Origin: Podarcis pityusensis
Taxonomy: Eukaryota
Length of the DNA stretch: 64,000 nucleotides
Reading direction: 5' to 3' (one strand)
Assembly: GCA_964106645.2 (NCBI GenBank)
Contig: OZ067046.1
Shown: positions 25,800 to 37,733 of the stretch, one piece after another
Layout: each line of letters starts with the position of its first letter
Numbering within the stretch: position 1 is the stretch's first letter
Position numbers and translations under genes: made by a program
Notes under the pieces: generated by a model
What the model saw: only the letters and a program-made list of their open reading frames with translations
Told to the model about the DNA's origin: nothing
Database searches by the model: none

Positions 25800-26050
25800 T
25801 CGTTTTATTATTTATACCCCGCCCATCTGGTTGGGTTGCCCCAGCCACTCTGGGCAGCTTCCAATACATATAAAAACACAATAAGATGTCAACATTAAAA
25901 ACTTCCTGATACAGGACTGCCTTCAGATGTCTTCTAAAAGTTGTGTAGTTATTTATCTCCTTGACATCTAATAGGAGGGCGTTACACAGGGAGGGTGCCA
26001 CTGCCGAGAAGGCCCCCTGCCTGGTTTCCTGTAACTTCACTTCTCACAAT
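25800..26050 (-). mobile_element. L2-like LINE 3' fragment
   Basis: Minus-strand peptide AFSAVAPSLCNALLLDVKE...FRRHLKAVL, typical of the L2 ORF2 C-terminus; similar to the 54850 copy. Confidence 0.8.
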
Positions 26051-27555
26051 AATAAGCAGCAAGGTAAATGAGAACATAGGAAGAAAGCCTGTAAGCTTCT
26101 CATTGAGTAGAGAGCACTTTGCCATCAATTAGTCATATGTGTTAGATAGGAATGAAGCATGAAGCAAATAAAGCATTTCTTATTTGAGGCATTTATCATC
26201 TTGGGGTTTTTTGGGTGCTGGGATAGTGAGTGATCATGATCACAAGACATCCACTTACAAAGCAGGCCTTCACTGAAGAGTATAGTATTCTATAATGATG
26301 ACGAGGAGCTTGTAGTTCATAAAATGTCACTTTGAAAACTTGATCAGCTGACTAATTCTTTCAATGAAACTTTCATGTAAAACTCAAGTAGTATTTTATA
26401 TTTTATTTATTTTTATATAAGTAGTATAGATGTCTGTTCTTGAATATGAAACTCTGTGTGAGAACTAGTTTGAAACCAGCTGAACCAGTTTTACATTGAA
26501 AAATTCTTTTCCCGAGCGAGCTGTTTGTAAACACACCAAAAAGGTGCTTCCAGACAATTACCTTCTTTGCAAGGTGAGCAGTGTGTATTACAGTGGAAAG
26601 GCGTTAAAATACACGCTGCACAAATGTTTAGGGCACAGGTGCAATTCTTATACTTCAATAATGTACTGAAGAGAAATCTGGTTTCTGAGACAGTTTTTCT
26701 CAGCGATTCTAAAGCAGGTGTGAGAAACTTTTGGTCCTCTAGATGTTGCTGAACTACAATTCCCATCAGCCCTAGCAAGCATGGCCAGTAGTCAGGGATA
26801 ATAGGAATTGTAGTTCAGCACCATCTGGAGGGCATTACATTGGCTACCACTGCCTTGGAACAAGGCAATTGCAACAGATTATACAGTTATTGCAGCTTAA
26901 TGTTAGACTTTTCTCAAGTTTGGTCTAGTTTAATTGGAAATGAGAAACCAACCTTTTGCAGTGACTCATTGACCTTGTAGTGTGTAGAGCAGGAGTTGTG
27001 ATGTCCACAAACACACATGTTCCCACAGGGTCCCCCATCCCCTTTGATGTTAGACTTGAAAGAAGCGTTTTGTTTAGCAATGGAATAGGTTGTGGTGTGT
27101 GTGTGTGTTGCCCACAATAATTTGCAGATCTGCCCATGACTGCAAAAAAGCAGGCAACCCCTTTTTAAGTTCAACATTTTATTCTATTCAAGCAAATTTA
27201 TAAGCATAGGATGACTAATTCTAGAATACACTTCCTTTCTGCAAACTGCAACTAGACTACGTTATCAGCACTAATTTTTGTTTTTGTGTACGTATCAACC
27301 AAATACAGCTGAACTTAAATTTAACTATCTGGCATGCCCTAGTATTGTAGCAGAAATGAAACGAGATAGGAACTGAATTTATATCTGTCACACATTTTAG
27401 CCAGAGTTTTGCTTCTTTCGTTGACATGCTTCCTAATTCAATCAACTGTTGCAACAACCTAGTCACTTGGCTGTTACTGTCTGACATCAAAAAGAAGTGT
27501 CACACAGGACGCTTTGGAGAAAGAAATGTGTAATTTAACTTTCTTTTATCTACAG

Positions 27556-27670
27556 GGTGAAGACCATGCCCGAAGATCATCACTACTTGATAGTGATGAG
27601 ACAATGTCATACTACTATGATGATGTGAAGACAGTTTATGATGTCTTCCAAAGAGGAATGCACGTGTCAA
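27556..27670 (+). CDS. ACSL1: ACSL1 exon 3 (GEDHARRSSLL...RGMHVS)
   Basis: ctacag| ... |gtgagt; 115 nt; phase consistent. Confidence 0.96.
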
Positions 27671-27779
27671 GTGAGTATTCATGCTTTGGGAAAGCAAACT
27701 GGAACAGTGCTCTAGTCACCTGAAAGAAACAGTAGCTGACTGCTTTCATAGTGCAGTAAAATATTGTCTGCTGGAATAA

Positions 27780-28021
27780 GGTACCCCTGCCCGTACGGGC
27801 CAGTCGTGTCCGACTCTAGGGTTGCGCGCTCATCTCGCTCAAGAGGCCAGGAGCCAGCGCTGTCCGGAGACACTTCCGGGTCACGTGGCCAGCGTGACGA
27901 AGCGGCATCTGGCGAGCCGGCACCAGTGCCGCACACGGAAACGCCGTTTACCTATAGATAAATAGGCAGTACCTATTTATCTACTTGCACTTAGGGGTGC
28001 TTTCGAACTGCTAGGTGGGCA
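27780..28021 (-). mobile_element. 5'-truncated Sauria SINE in ACSL1 intron 3
   Basis: Reverse-complement similarity to the 1488 copy; TSD GGAATAA 27773-27779 / 28022-28028. Confidence 0.85.
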
Positions 28022-28312
28022 GGAATAACAACTAGTAATCAGAAAATCAGGAATAGCAAATAGTAATCAGCTAAACTTTCAGAACCTGATGATTGAAGTT
28101 TAAAGTGAGAACTGTGTATCATGATGGTTGCAATATTGACATTTTGAGTAATGAAGACTTGCACATGAATTTTTAACTTTAGAATCGTGGTTTTTTGGGG
28201 GGGCTAGAGTGAACCATCTGATGGTGGAATGAACTAGAATCTCCCTTGTGTTTCTTTCTTTTCCTTTTTAGTTGCTAAAATTCTTAAACCTTTTAAACTT
28301 TTATCACTGTAG

Positions 28313-28377
28313 ACAATGGCCCTTGTTTGGGTGTAAGGAAACCAAATCAACCATATGAATGGATCTCTTACAAGGAG
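28313..28377 (+). CDS. ACSL1: ACSL1 exon 4 (NGPCLGVRKPNQPYEWISYKE)
   Basis: tgtag| ... |gtaagt; 65 nt. Confidence 0.96.
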
Positions 28378-29379
28378 GTAAGTGGACACAACTTTATGTA
28401 TGTTGATGAGATTGCTGTTTGATTCTTTTGATGCTTACAGCAATCAAGTTATTTCCTTTCAGAAATGTTGGGATGAGGGAAGTTCAACAGCCACAATTAT
28501 TGGGTGCATACTTAAGTGGCCTATGTTCTTTATGTTTATATTTAATACAAAATTGTTGTTAAATTTCACTAGTATCCAGGCTTTATGTGTTGCACACTTG
28601 CCTAATCTCTAGTTCAACAGACACTTTAAAGTATCTTTCAAAACTTGAATTCTAATCAGTTTTTCCTTTTGTGAACTTCCTTATATTTCCTGTCCCTTCC
28701 TTTCTCTTTCAATCCCTGAAAAGCCTGTCTGGAGGGGTCAGAGGCTCCAGACCCTGTGCACAATGGGGAAATTACCCAGAATGGGTGGGAACTTTGGGCG
28801 ATAGCAGACATCTGATTGGTTTGGGGTTTTTTGAGGGGGAGGACTTTATTCAATTAACTTTCTCAAGTCAGCTTATCTTAGAATCTAAGCCACCGTGTTT
28901 CATTGTAACTTGGCTAATATATATCACAAGAGATATATTACGTGTTGGAAATATTGATCCTGTGTGTGATCCCTATAATATTTCATATTCTAAGCTTTTG
29001 TATTCTTAGCTAAACAGACTTAACAGCATTCCCACCTACATATTCAAACTGAGTATGTCTCAGCTCATTTAAAATCTGATTCTTCTATGTGGTTTGTGAA
29101 TTTAATGGCCAGGGCAGTTGTGGAATTATTCTTAGCTCTGCCTAGGCATAATTTTTTAGAGCAGATACCTGGCTTTTAAAAAACAGGCTTCCATCCTACT
29201 AATTAATGGTATATAGCTTCCCTTAAGCATTGGCCAGTACCTGTGCGAAATGTGTAAAGTGGCTAAGGTTACTGAAGAGGCTGAGCGGGATAAAATGGAA
29301 AATTGAACAGTAAACTCCTACATGCTTTCACAGAATTGGTAAGTGGTGCACCTTTACACAGACATATGTTTTCCCCCAG

Positions 29380-29481
29380 GTTGCAGAAAGAGCAGAATGT
29401 GTTGGCTCAGCACTTCTGAACAGAGGCTTCAAACCATCTCCTGATCAGTTCATAGGAATCTTTTCACAGAACAGACCTGAG
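29380..29481 (+). CDS. ACSL1: ACSL1 exon 5 (VAERAECVGSALL...FSQNRPE)
   Basis: ttcccccag| ... |gtaatc; 102 nt. Confidence 0.96.
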
Positions 29482-30727
29482 GTAATCAAAGGCCATCATT
29501 AGGCTGATAACTCTTGTGGAATAAGGTAGTCCAGTTGTATAGCTTTGCGCCCCTGGGAAGATGAGCTTCCATGATCCTAATTTCACCCAACCCTGTACAC
29601 AGTGCAGCACCAGTACAGAGTGAATGGTTGGGAGGTTGCCATCGTCCGTAAAAATCACATCTTGCTCACTAGGAAACCAATTCACCTGGAAGCCAGAATC
29701 AAGGGTTTGGTCTCCCTTTGCAAGGAAGCTGCCCACCCCTCAGCTGATCAAGCCCCCATACTGCTCTTCCTTGCAGGAACCAGAGCAGTATGGAGCTGGG
29801 TGATATATCTCGGCTGCGTCTTCCTCCCCTAAGGTGTCTCCCCTAAGGTGGAGAGGAAGAAGCAGACAAGATACTTTTCAGACACTGTGACATATCAGCA
29901 TATACTGATATTTAGCTGCTGATATATCATGATGTTGAAAACCAGATATTGCCGAGCCCTAAATAGCAATATCAACTCTTACACACCTGGATATGCACTT
30001 ACAAATTCTGTTGTTAAGAATGCATTGATGTTTCTTATGTGTGTAAAAGAAAACAAAAAACTTGTACAAAGAGTGTTGTAATGCAGTGCACCTATACACT
30101 TGCACAATGTGTAAAAAGAATTCATACCAAGCCCTACTATGCAACCAAGCTCATACCAGGGTGGAACTAATTGCTCATTAGCTAACTTTCAGCAATCCTT
30201 TGTACGTACATAGCTTTATAACTGAGATGTTTTTCAGAGGGAGACTGTTCCTTCATATGCACCCTTTATGGAAATTTGAATTGTGAACTGCAGACAATGC
30301 AAGCCTCTAAGACTTGATACTAACGGACCACAAAACTGAGTCATAACAACTGTGGTAGCTAAGATACCGAACGTTTCTTCCAGTTCAATACTAGTTCAGG
30401 GAGTTTGTTTCCTGCATTGTTTTTGTTGGCATTTGTTTTTTCCAACATTATCTCTTAATCTAATGTGCGACTCTTTAGGAAAGGTGTCCCATTGAACTGA
30501 TTGATCCAGTAATACAATACAGCACATTATAGAGAAATAGGTGTGGAAAATATCTGGGACTTTGGTTAAGAAAGCATTAACATATGGCTTAGCTTTAACC
30601 ATCGGTTAGCTTGCTTATTATAGTATTACTTGCTTAAATCAGCTTTATCCTTTAGGTTCATGGCAACATATAATGATGGAAGTGCCCTCCTATGGCACTT
30701 CCTGATGCACATTGCATTAAAATACTC

Positions 30728-32218
30728 TTTTTTTTTTTTTTTTTTTAAAGCAATTTATTAAATTTTACAGTAAAAATAAACATAATAAACAATGTAACAT
30801 TGATCTTAACATATTTTCACATTTTCTTTGGACTTCCTCACATCTCCCGCTCCCACTTTCATCGTTGTAACGTTTTGTCAGCAATTTATCATCTTGTTTA
30901 AATTCTTATATCCCTTCTATATTTCATAATCTTATAATTCTCAGAAGGAGCTAAATTTCACAATCTTACTTATTTTCTTAAAAACTTCTAAATTTAGTGG
31001 TGCTCAGTTATTTTGATCTAGCGTCTTGTTTAGCATTCACTCAAATTACAATACTTTTGTAAATAGTTCTTAAATTTCTTCCAGTCCTCCTCAATCCTCT
31101 CTTCTCCCAGGTCACGGATTCTGCCGGTCATTTCAGCCAGTTCCATGTAGTCTATCAGTTGTATCTGCCATTCTTCCAGTGTGGGTAGATCTTGAGTTTT
31201 CCAATGTTTTGCGAGAAGTATCCTTGCTGCTGTTGTTGCATACATAAAGAATGTCTGGTCCTTCTTTGCCACCCCTTGGCCGACAATACCCAAAAGGAAA
31301 GCCTCTGGTTTCTTAGTGAAGGTATATTTAAATACCTTTTTCAGTTCATTATAAATCATTTCCCAGAACGCCTTCACTTTAGGGCAAGTCCACCAGAGGT
31401 GGAAGAACGTTCCCTCACACTCTTTGCATTTCCAACACTTATTATCAGACAGGTGGTAAATTTTGGCAAGTTTGACTGGGGTCATATACCATCTATAAAT
31501 CATTTTCATTACATTTTCTTTCAGAGCGTTACATGCAGTAAATTTCAATCCATTGCACCACAACCTCTCCCAGTCCTCAAACATGATATTATGCCCAATG
31601 TCCTGTGCCCACCTTATCATAGCCGATTTAACCGTTTCGTCTTGTGTATTCCATTTCAGCAGCAAGTTATACATCCTTGAAAGTACCTTAATCTTTGGTT
31701 CTAACAATTCTGTTTCTAATTTCGATTTCTCCACCTGGAACCCTAGTTTCTTATCATTTTTAAAAACTTCTTTAATCTGAGCGTAATGTAACCAATCTCG
31801 CACTTTGTCTTTCATTTTCTCCAAACTCTGCAATTTCCAATTGTCTCCATCCTTTTCTAGTATTTCCCAATATTTTGGCCATTTAGCCTCCATATTGGGT
31901 CTTTTTCGGGCCTTGGCTTCCAAAAGTGAAAGCCACCTTGGTGTTTTATTTTCCAGCAAGTCTTTATATTTTGTCCAGACATTAAACAATGATTTTCTGA
32001 CAATATGGTTCTTAAAGGCCTTATTTGCTTTAACCTTGTCATACCATAAATATGCATGCCATCCAAAAGCATTGTTAAACCCTTCCAGATCTAGCACATC
32101 AGTGTCCTCAAGAAGTAGCCAGTCTTTTAGCCAGCAGAACGCTGCGGCTTCATAATACAACTTTAAGTCTGGCAGGGCAAAGCCCCCTCTTTGTTTTGCA
32201 TCAGTTAATATCTTAAAC
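30728..32218 (-). mobile_element. 5'-truncated L1-clade LINE (ORF2 C-terminus, 3' UTR, poly(A)), antisense in ACSL1 intron 5
   Basis: Open ~400-aa frame with GGFALPDLKLYYEA and the CCHC knuckle CWKC...HLWWTC; minus-strand AATAAA at 30754-30759; 19-nt poly(A); TSD TTAAAATACTC 30717-30727 / 32219-32229. Confidence 0.93.
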
Positions 32219-32579
32219 TTAAAATACTCTTTGTACAAGTGATTGCTTTTTACATGCATAAGGAATTGTAATGTGTTCTTCTAAATGCTTGTATTGAACA
32301 AATTCATGTGGCAGGGAACTGGGTTTGATAGCAACACCTGTATACAAGATGGAAGTAGATACGACTGTTGTGGAGCAATAGCCCTTCTTTAACCACTCCA
32401 TGCCCTTGCAGCTGCCAAATGTATGATGTGATCTCACCACACTTTTCCAGTACTGTATTACAAAGAAGAGGAGAGGGAAACTCTTTATATCATTTTCAGC
32501 AGCAGACCTATGTTTACTATGTCCAGTTCCTCCCACAGGGGCAATGTGAAGTAACCCTGAGAAACAAGATGCAGAAGTA

Positions 32580-32808
32580 CAGTGGTACCTCGGGATACAA
32601 ACGCTTCGGGTTACATGTTTTCAGGTTGCGGACCACGGGAAACCCAGAAGTACCGGAAAGGGTACTTCTGGGTTTCACCGCTTGCGCATGCACAGAAGCG
32701 CTAAATCACGTCACATGCGTGTGCAGATGCAGCGCTGCAGGTTACGAATGCGGTGGGTTGCGGACATGCCTCCATCACAGAGTATGTCCGCAACCCAAGG
32801 TTCCACTG
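32580..32808. mobile_element. Tc1/mariner (Tigger-like) MITE
   Basis: TA-CAGTGGTACCTCGGG ... CCCAAGGTTCCACTG-TA. Confidence 0.82.
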
Positions 32809-33367
32809 TAATGTTCTTTTTTTCAGTACTCCAGACTTACAAACTATTTCAACACGAATATGTACGTCCAACTCCAATGATATATTAACAGACTGTTCCA
32901 GGACTGTTTGTGTGTGTCAGGGGGTAATAGTTCTTCCTTATCTTGGTGCCTGTTCAGACTCTCAGCTTGTGACTGAACTGGTTATTAGGCACATGCAGAA
33001 TGCAACAAACTGCATCAGCAAAAGCTGGCTTGTAACTTATCATAACAACAAATCCGTGCCAAACACTCGCATGCATGGGCTGGCTAAACAGCACCGATCA
33101 CAAGCTGTAAATAGCTGCGTGAATGGCATCTTAGCTTCCATGACAGTATTCATAAAGGAAACTGGAATTGCAAAAGCATTGACTTTTCTCCTTACTGCTG
33201 CATACTTCAGTTGATGGCAGCAGCTTGCTTTGCAAACAAACAAGGCTGACACTGGCATACTTGAGTCACTGTTTTAATGCTAGTGTGAAAATACCTAAAC
33301 CAGGCCAGCTGGCTGTAGCATCTGTGCTTGGCAAATAAGCACTACATTAACTCTGCTTCTCTTGCAG

Positions 33368-33467
33368 TGGGTTATCATTGAACAAGGATGCTACTCTTAC
33401 TCTATGGTGGCTGTACCCCTCTACGACACCCTTGGAACTGAAGCTATTACTTACATTGTAAATAAAG
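33368..33467 (+). CDS. ACSL1: ACSL1 exon 6 (WVIIEQGC...PLYDTLGTEAITYIVNK)
   Basis: cttgcag| ... |gtatat; 100 nt. Confidence 0.96.
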
Positions 33468-33945
33468 GTATATTCTGCATTCCTCAACAACTGAATACAC
33501 TTGTCTGTAATACAGTCACTATTAAAAAGTCTACCCACCATAACCTAAACATCATTGAATGCAACTGTAGAGTTCTTTGCAGAATTGTTTTTGAAAGCTG
33601 CTACAGCAACAGAATTGCAGTAGGTAAGATGAAGTAGCCTTTAATAGCTGAGTAGACACAAGGACTTGCTGACTATAGGAAGTGAATCCATCGATTCCGA
33701 CAGTCTGTTTTGGGATATAATGGCTTTGGAGAAGGAGCAGCCTGGAGAGCGTTCTTGGAATGGCCTACATACAATGAGATCCCTGCAGCAAAATGAAAGC
33801 GCCAAACTTAAGTGTACAATATGCAATTTACTCCCAACCTTGGTGACATAGTCTTTTGTGCAGAAGTAGACTAGATAGGGTGAGGGTAAGCTGATTCTAA
33901 TTATTCAAATTTTAATAACTTTGCCCCCTTTCTTCCCAATTTTAG

Positions 33946-34124
33946 CTGACTTAGCATTGGTTTTTTGTGATAAGCCTGAAAAGGCGAAGCTTCTGCTGGA
34001 TAACATCGAGAAAGGAGAAATATCTGTCCTCAAGACAATTGTGATTATGGATCCCTTTGAGAGTGATCTTGCCACTCGTGGAAAGAAATGTGGAGTGGAT
34101 GTAATCAGCATGAAAGAATTTGAG
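33946..34124 (+). CDS. ACSL1: ACSL1 exon 7 (DLALVFCDKPEKA...SMKEFE)
   Basis: ttttag| ... |gtgagc; 179 nt. Confidence 0.96.
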
Positions 34125-34649
34125 GTGAGCAAAGTAGTTTATGGGACAGCCCCAAGTTTTGATGATACATCAAAATCAAGGGAAGAAAGAAGCGAAGTTT
34201 AGCAAGTTACAAAATGCTGATCTTTGACCAACAGGGTAAAGGATAAAGGTTGGACTTGTGTTGTGTAAAAGCTTGGATCTCCTGGCCAGTTTACAAATTA
34301 GTATTTCACAACATGGCACTAAACATTTGCTAAGATTAAAGATACACAACCTAGTATAACTGGTTCAAAGGTTGTGTCAATTCTGGGAGGGGGAATCACA
34401 CTTGAAAAATGTTAACGAGAACCTGTAGTCCTGATTTATAAAGTGTCACTGCAACAAAGATCAGAGGTCTTGTGCGCAAATCCATACTCCAAATGTTCTT
34501 TGTGCTTCTGTAATGTAGTTCTCCAGTAAGCTTTCAAGTCTGACTTTTGAGGAGCCTGAACCTTTAATTGGATGGCATGAAAAAAGATCCAGCTTCAGAA
34601 TGTCTAGCGCTGATGCCTATGTGCTCCCAGTTAGGATTAGGCAAGTCAA

Positions 34650-35040
34650 TTGAGACTCTTATCACAAGACAAACCTCACTGGATCAGCCCAAAGGCCCAT
34701 ATAGACCAGCTTTTCTGTTCTCACAATAGCCAGACGGATGCCTGTGGGAATCCTGCAAGCAGAATTTGAGCACAACAGCACTTGCCCCACCTGTGATGCC
34801 CAGGAACTGGTATTCAAAAGTATATGGCTCTGACAGTAGTGGTAGAACGTAGCCATCATGGCTAGCAACCATTGATGGCCTTATCCACCCTGAATTTATG
34901 TAAAGCCATCCAGGTTGGGACATCATGGCCTCCTATGCAGGCAAACTATTAACTATTTGCTGTGTGAAATACTTTCTTTTGTGTGTCCTGAATCTCCCAA
35001 CATTCCGCTTCCTTAATGTACCTGAGTTCTTGTTTTACAA
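34650..35040 (-). mobile_element. Old CR1-like LINE 3' fragment
   Basis: CTGGATCAGCCCAAAGGCCCAT...CTGTTCTCACA; a related copy lies at ~50845-50990. Family assignment is tentative. Confidence 0.5.
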
Positions 35041-35229
35041 GGGCAAGATCCTCCTTTAGGTGACTGGCTTTCTACTGAAGCATCTACAATATTATTTTGT
35101 GTTGAGGCTCAGGAATGTCCATTTCTGCCTGAACTTTGCCCTACCTATTCAGAATCCTATTGCCAATAGACAGTTACACATGTTTTGGTTACCAAAGTGT
35201 TTAAAAAGTGCTTGCACTTGCAGAAGAAT

Positions 35230-35960
35230 TCCTGAATTTGCCAACAACATGTCCAAAGACTGGGTTGAACTCCCTCTGAAGGAACAGATACACAGTCTTG
35301 GGATGCTTCTGAATCCAGCTTTGTCACTAGGGGCCTTGGCCACAGTTATTCCGGACTGGGATACCTTGGCTACCATTAAACTAGGCATTGGTAACTTCAA
35401 GACTGGATTACTGCAGCAAACTCCATGTGGGGCTTCCCTTGTAGTTGATCCAGAAACTTCAGTTAATGCAGAACGTTGCAGCACAGCTGCTGACAAGAAT
35501 GAAATCTTGTCAATATGTTACACCCGTGCTCAAAGATATGTGCAAATTCAAGGTGTTAGTAAATAAAACCCTCAGTAGCCTGGAATGAGATTATTCAAAG
35601 GGTCAACTTGCCCCATATGTGCCCACTTGATCACTTTGATATGTGGAACTTGCATTTTTGCAGAAGCCATATAATGTTCATTTCACATCTATGAGGAAGT
35701 CAACCTTTTACTGTGGCGGTACCCATGCTGTAAAACTTCCTGCCTGGTAACATCAGGCAGGTGTCTACTGTATTGTTTTAAGTGCCTTCTCAAAACTTCT
35801 GTTTCTTTATGCCTTTTCAAATACATAATTGCATTAGGTATGCTTGCTTTCAATTTCTGTTGATCTGTAGTTTTCTATGCATAAAATATTTAGCTGATTT
35901 AGTGTTTGTTATTGTTGTTATTGTAGCTGTTGTTATTAAATTGTCTATAGATTTTGTTAA
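35230..35960 (+). mobile_element. Degenerate L2 LINE 3' portion
   Basis: Remnant peptides SLGMLLNPALS and RLDYC...QKLQLMQNVAA, typical of L2 ORF2. Confidence 0.65.
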
Positions 35961-37032
35961 ATAAATAATTTGGAGTTCAACACTGCTAAAGTAGTATCAC
36001 TGAAGCGTTTTCCTGGGGAAAAGATGACTTTGCTTTTAATCTGCTTGTTTATTCATCACGGGAACCTGTTCTGACTAGGGTGGAATCTACATACATATAA
36101 AAACAGTTCTGAAAATGCTTTTTTTAAAAGCATTTTTAAAAATACACTGAATTCCATAACAATCTCCATCTAGTGTCACATTGTGTATTGCACTTTAAAC
36201 ACACTTAAAACGTTTTATTTGCAGCTGTATAGCTGAGTCCTAGCTCTTGCCTCCAGACTATCACCAGGTTTATTTGTTTCATTACTGGTAGAAATTCACT
36301 CATCATAGCCATACCACATGCATGTCTTTCGTTTCTGCTCCCCAGCCCAATGGCAAATTCAGAAAACTAAAGATGCCAGAGGCAGCACTGTTAAACTTAA
36401 TATTAAACCAGTTTAATAATTTCTGGCTTGTGTCCTGAGGTGAAGTTTAGGGTGTGGATTTCCAAATGCTTGATTACCAGCATGAGCCTTTCTTCATTCA
36501 GGGAAGGAGCTTTCCTTTACTTATTTAGTTTTAAGTGACAAATTTGAAAACCACAACAAGCAGTGTTTCTAAGTTACCTCATGTATATACCAAGGTGGAA
36601 TTTACTACTAGTTGTATGTTGTGCCAGTTCAGATCTGTCCTGAATCAACTGCATGCAATCAAACATAACTTACTGTGCTCCCACTGGAGGTGCTCCAATT
36701 CTAGTTCACCGAGGGAGGGGAAAGGTCAGAACCTGCGGGCATTTGATGAGTACAGAGCATAAGCCTTGCCAGCTTTCCAAAACTTAATTGAGTTTAAAAC
36801 CTGTCCAAGTGTATAACCTATAAATGAGGAAAGCTGTCATTGTTTTAAGTGCTAGGTGAATAGTTGTGCTTTCCCTTCCAAATAGCTGAGCCTTGGTTAG
36901 AAACCGATGAATGAAAAGTAGTTTTCACTGCTGCTCCTGAGAGAGCTTAAAGTAAGAGCTATGGAAATCCCAACCTTCATTAGCTTCCTAACTTGCATCT
37001 CTTTCTCTCTCTCCTTCCTGTCTTCCTTAAAG

Positions 37033-37065
37033 GCACTGGGAAGAGTCCACAAACACAAAGCTGTA
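37033..37065 (+). CDS. ACSL1: ACSL1 exon 8, 33-nt small exon (ALGRVHKHKAV)
   Basis: Long pyrimidine tract + aag| ... |gtaagt; phase 0 at both ends. Confidence 0.92.
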
Positions 37066-37186
37066 GTAAGTATCATGCAGATTCTAATATAAAAATCTAG
37101 TTTACTTTTTTTTAACCTTTCAAACTGTGTGTGTGATCAGTTGTTAAAGACAGACTGCTAGTCTAATCTCTTACTCTTCTTCTTAG

Positions 37187-37238
37187 CTTCCAAAACCAGA
37201 AGATCTAGCCATAATCTGTTTCACCAGTGGAACTACAG
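37187..37238 (+). CDS. ACSL1: ACSL1 exon 9 (LPKPEDLAIICFTSGTT; first half of the P-loop)
   Basis: tcttag| ... |gtacac; 52 nt. Confidence 0.96.
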
Positions 37239-37659
37239 GTACACCTTAGAAGTATTGTAATGGGGAGACAACATTCGTCGGTTGGGGAAGTGAGATTAGA
37301 ATTTTGAGATACCTGGATTGCAGTCTAACATAGAAAACTGATTTAATGCTATAAAAGCAGATTCTTTACTAAACTGCTATGAGCCCTAGTTTTTGATGGG
37401 GCACAGAGACTTCAGTTGTATGTCTAAGCTGCTGAGAAGGACAGAGGTTTTGGAGGTAGGGGAAATTATCCAGCCTTGCCCATATCCTGGATTTCTCTTC
37501 ACATTTGGTAGGACATTTAAGGAAGTAAAATGGATTATGTGTATTCATTGTATAACCTATCATTCTTAAGCTCTTGCATATGTATACAAGCGTTTCAGCA
37601 GCTTAGTTAGAAACTGGATGTATTCACTATTACATATATTAACACCTTTTTTCCTCTAG

Positions 37660-37733
37660 GAGACCCCAAGGGAGCAATGATTACTCACCAAAATATAGTG
37701 AGCAATATGTCGGCATTTGTGAAAGCTACAGAG
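37660..37733 (+). CDS. ACSL1: ACSL1 exon 10 (GDPKGAMITHQNIVSNMSAFVKATE)
   Basis: cctctag| ... |gtaaag; 74 nt. Confidence 0.96.

Noticed and set aside
31030-32259. 409-aa ORF as a nested host gene
   Set aside because: It is L1 ORF2; the listed start lies outside the element, beyond the TSD.
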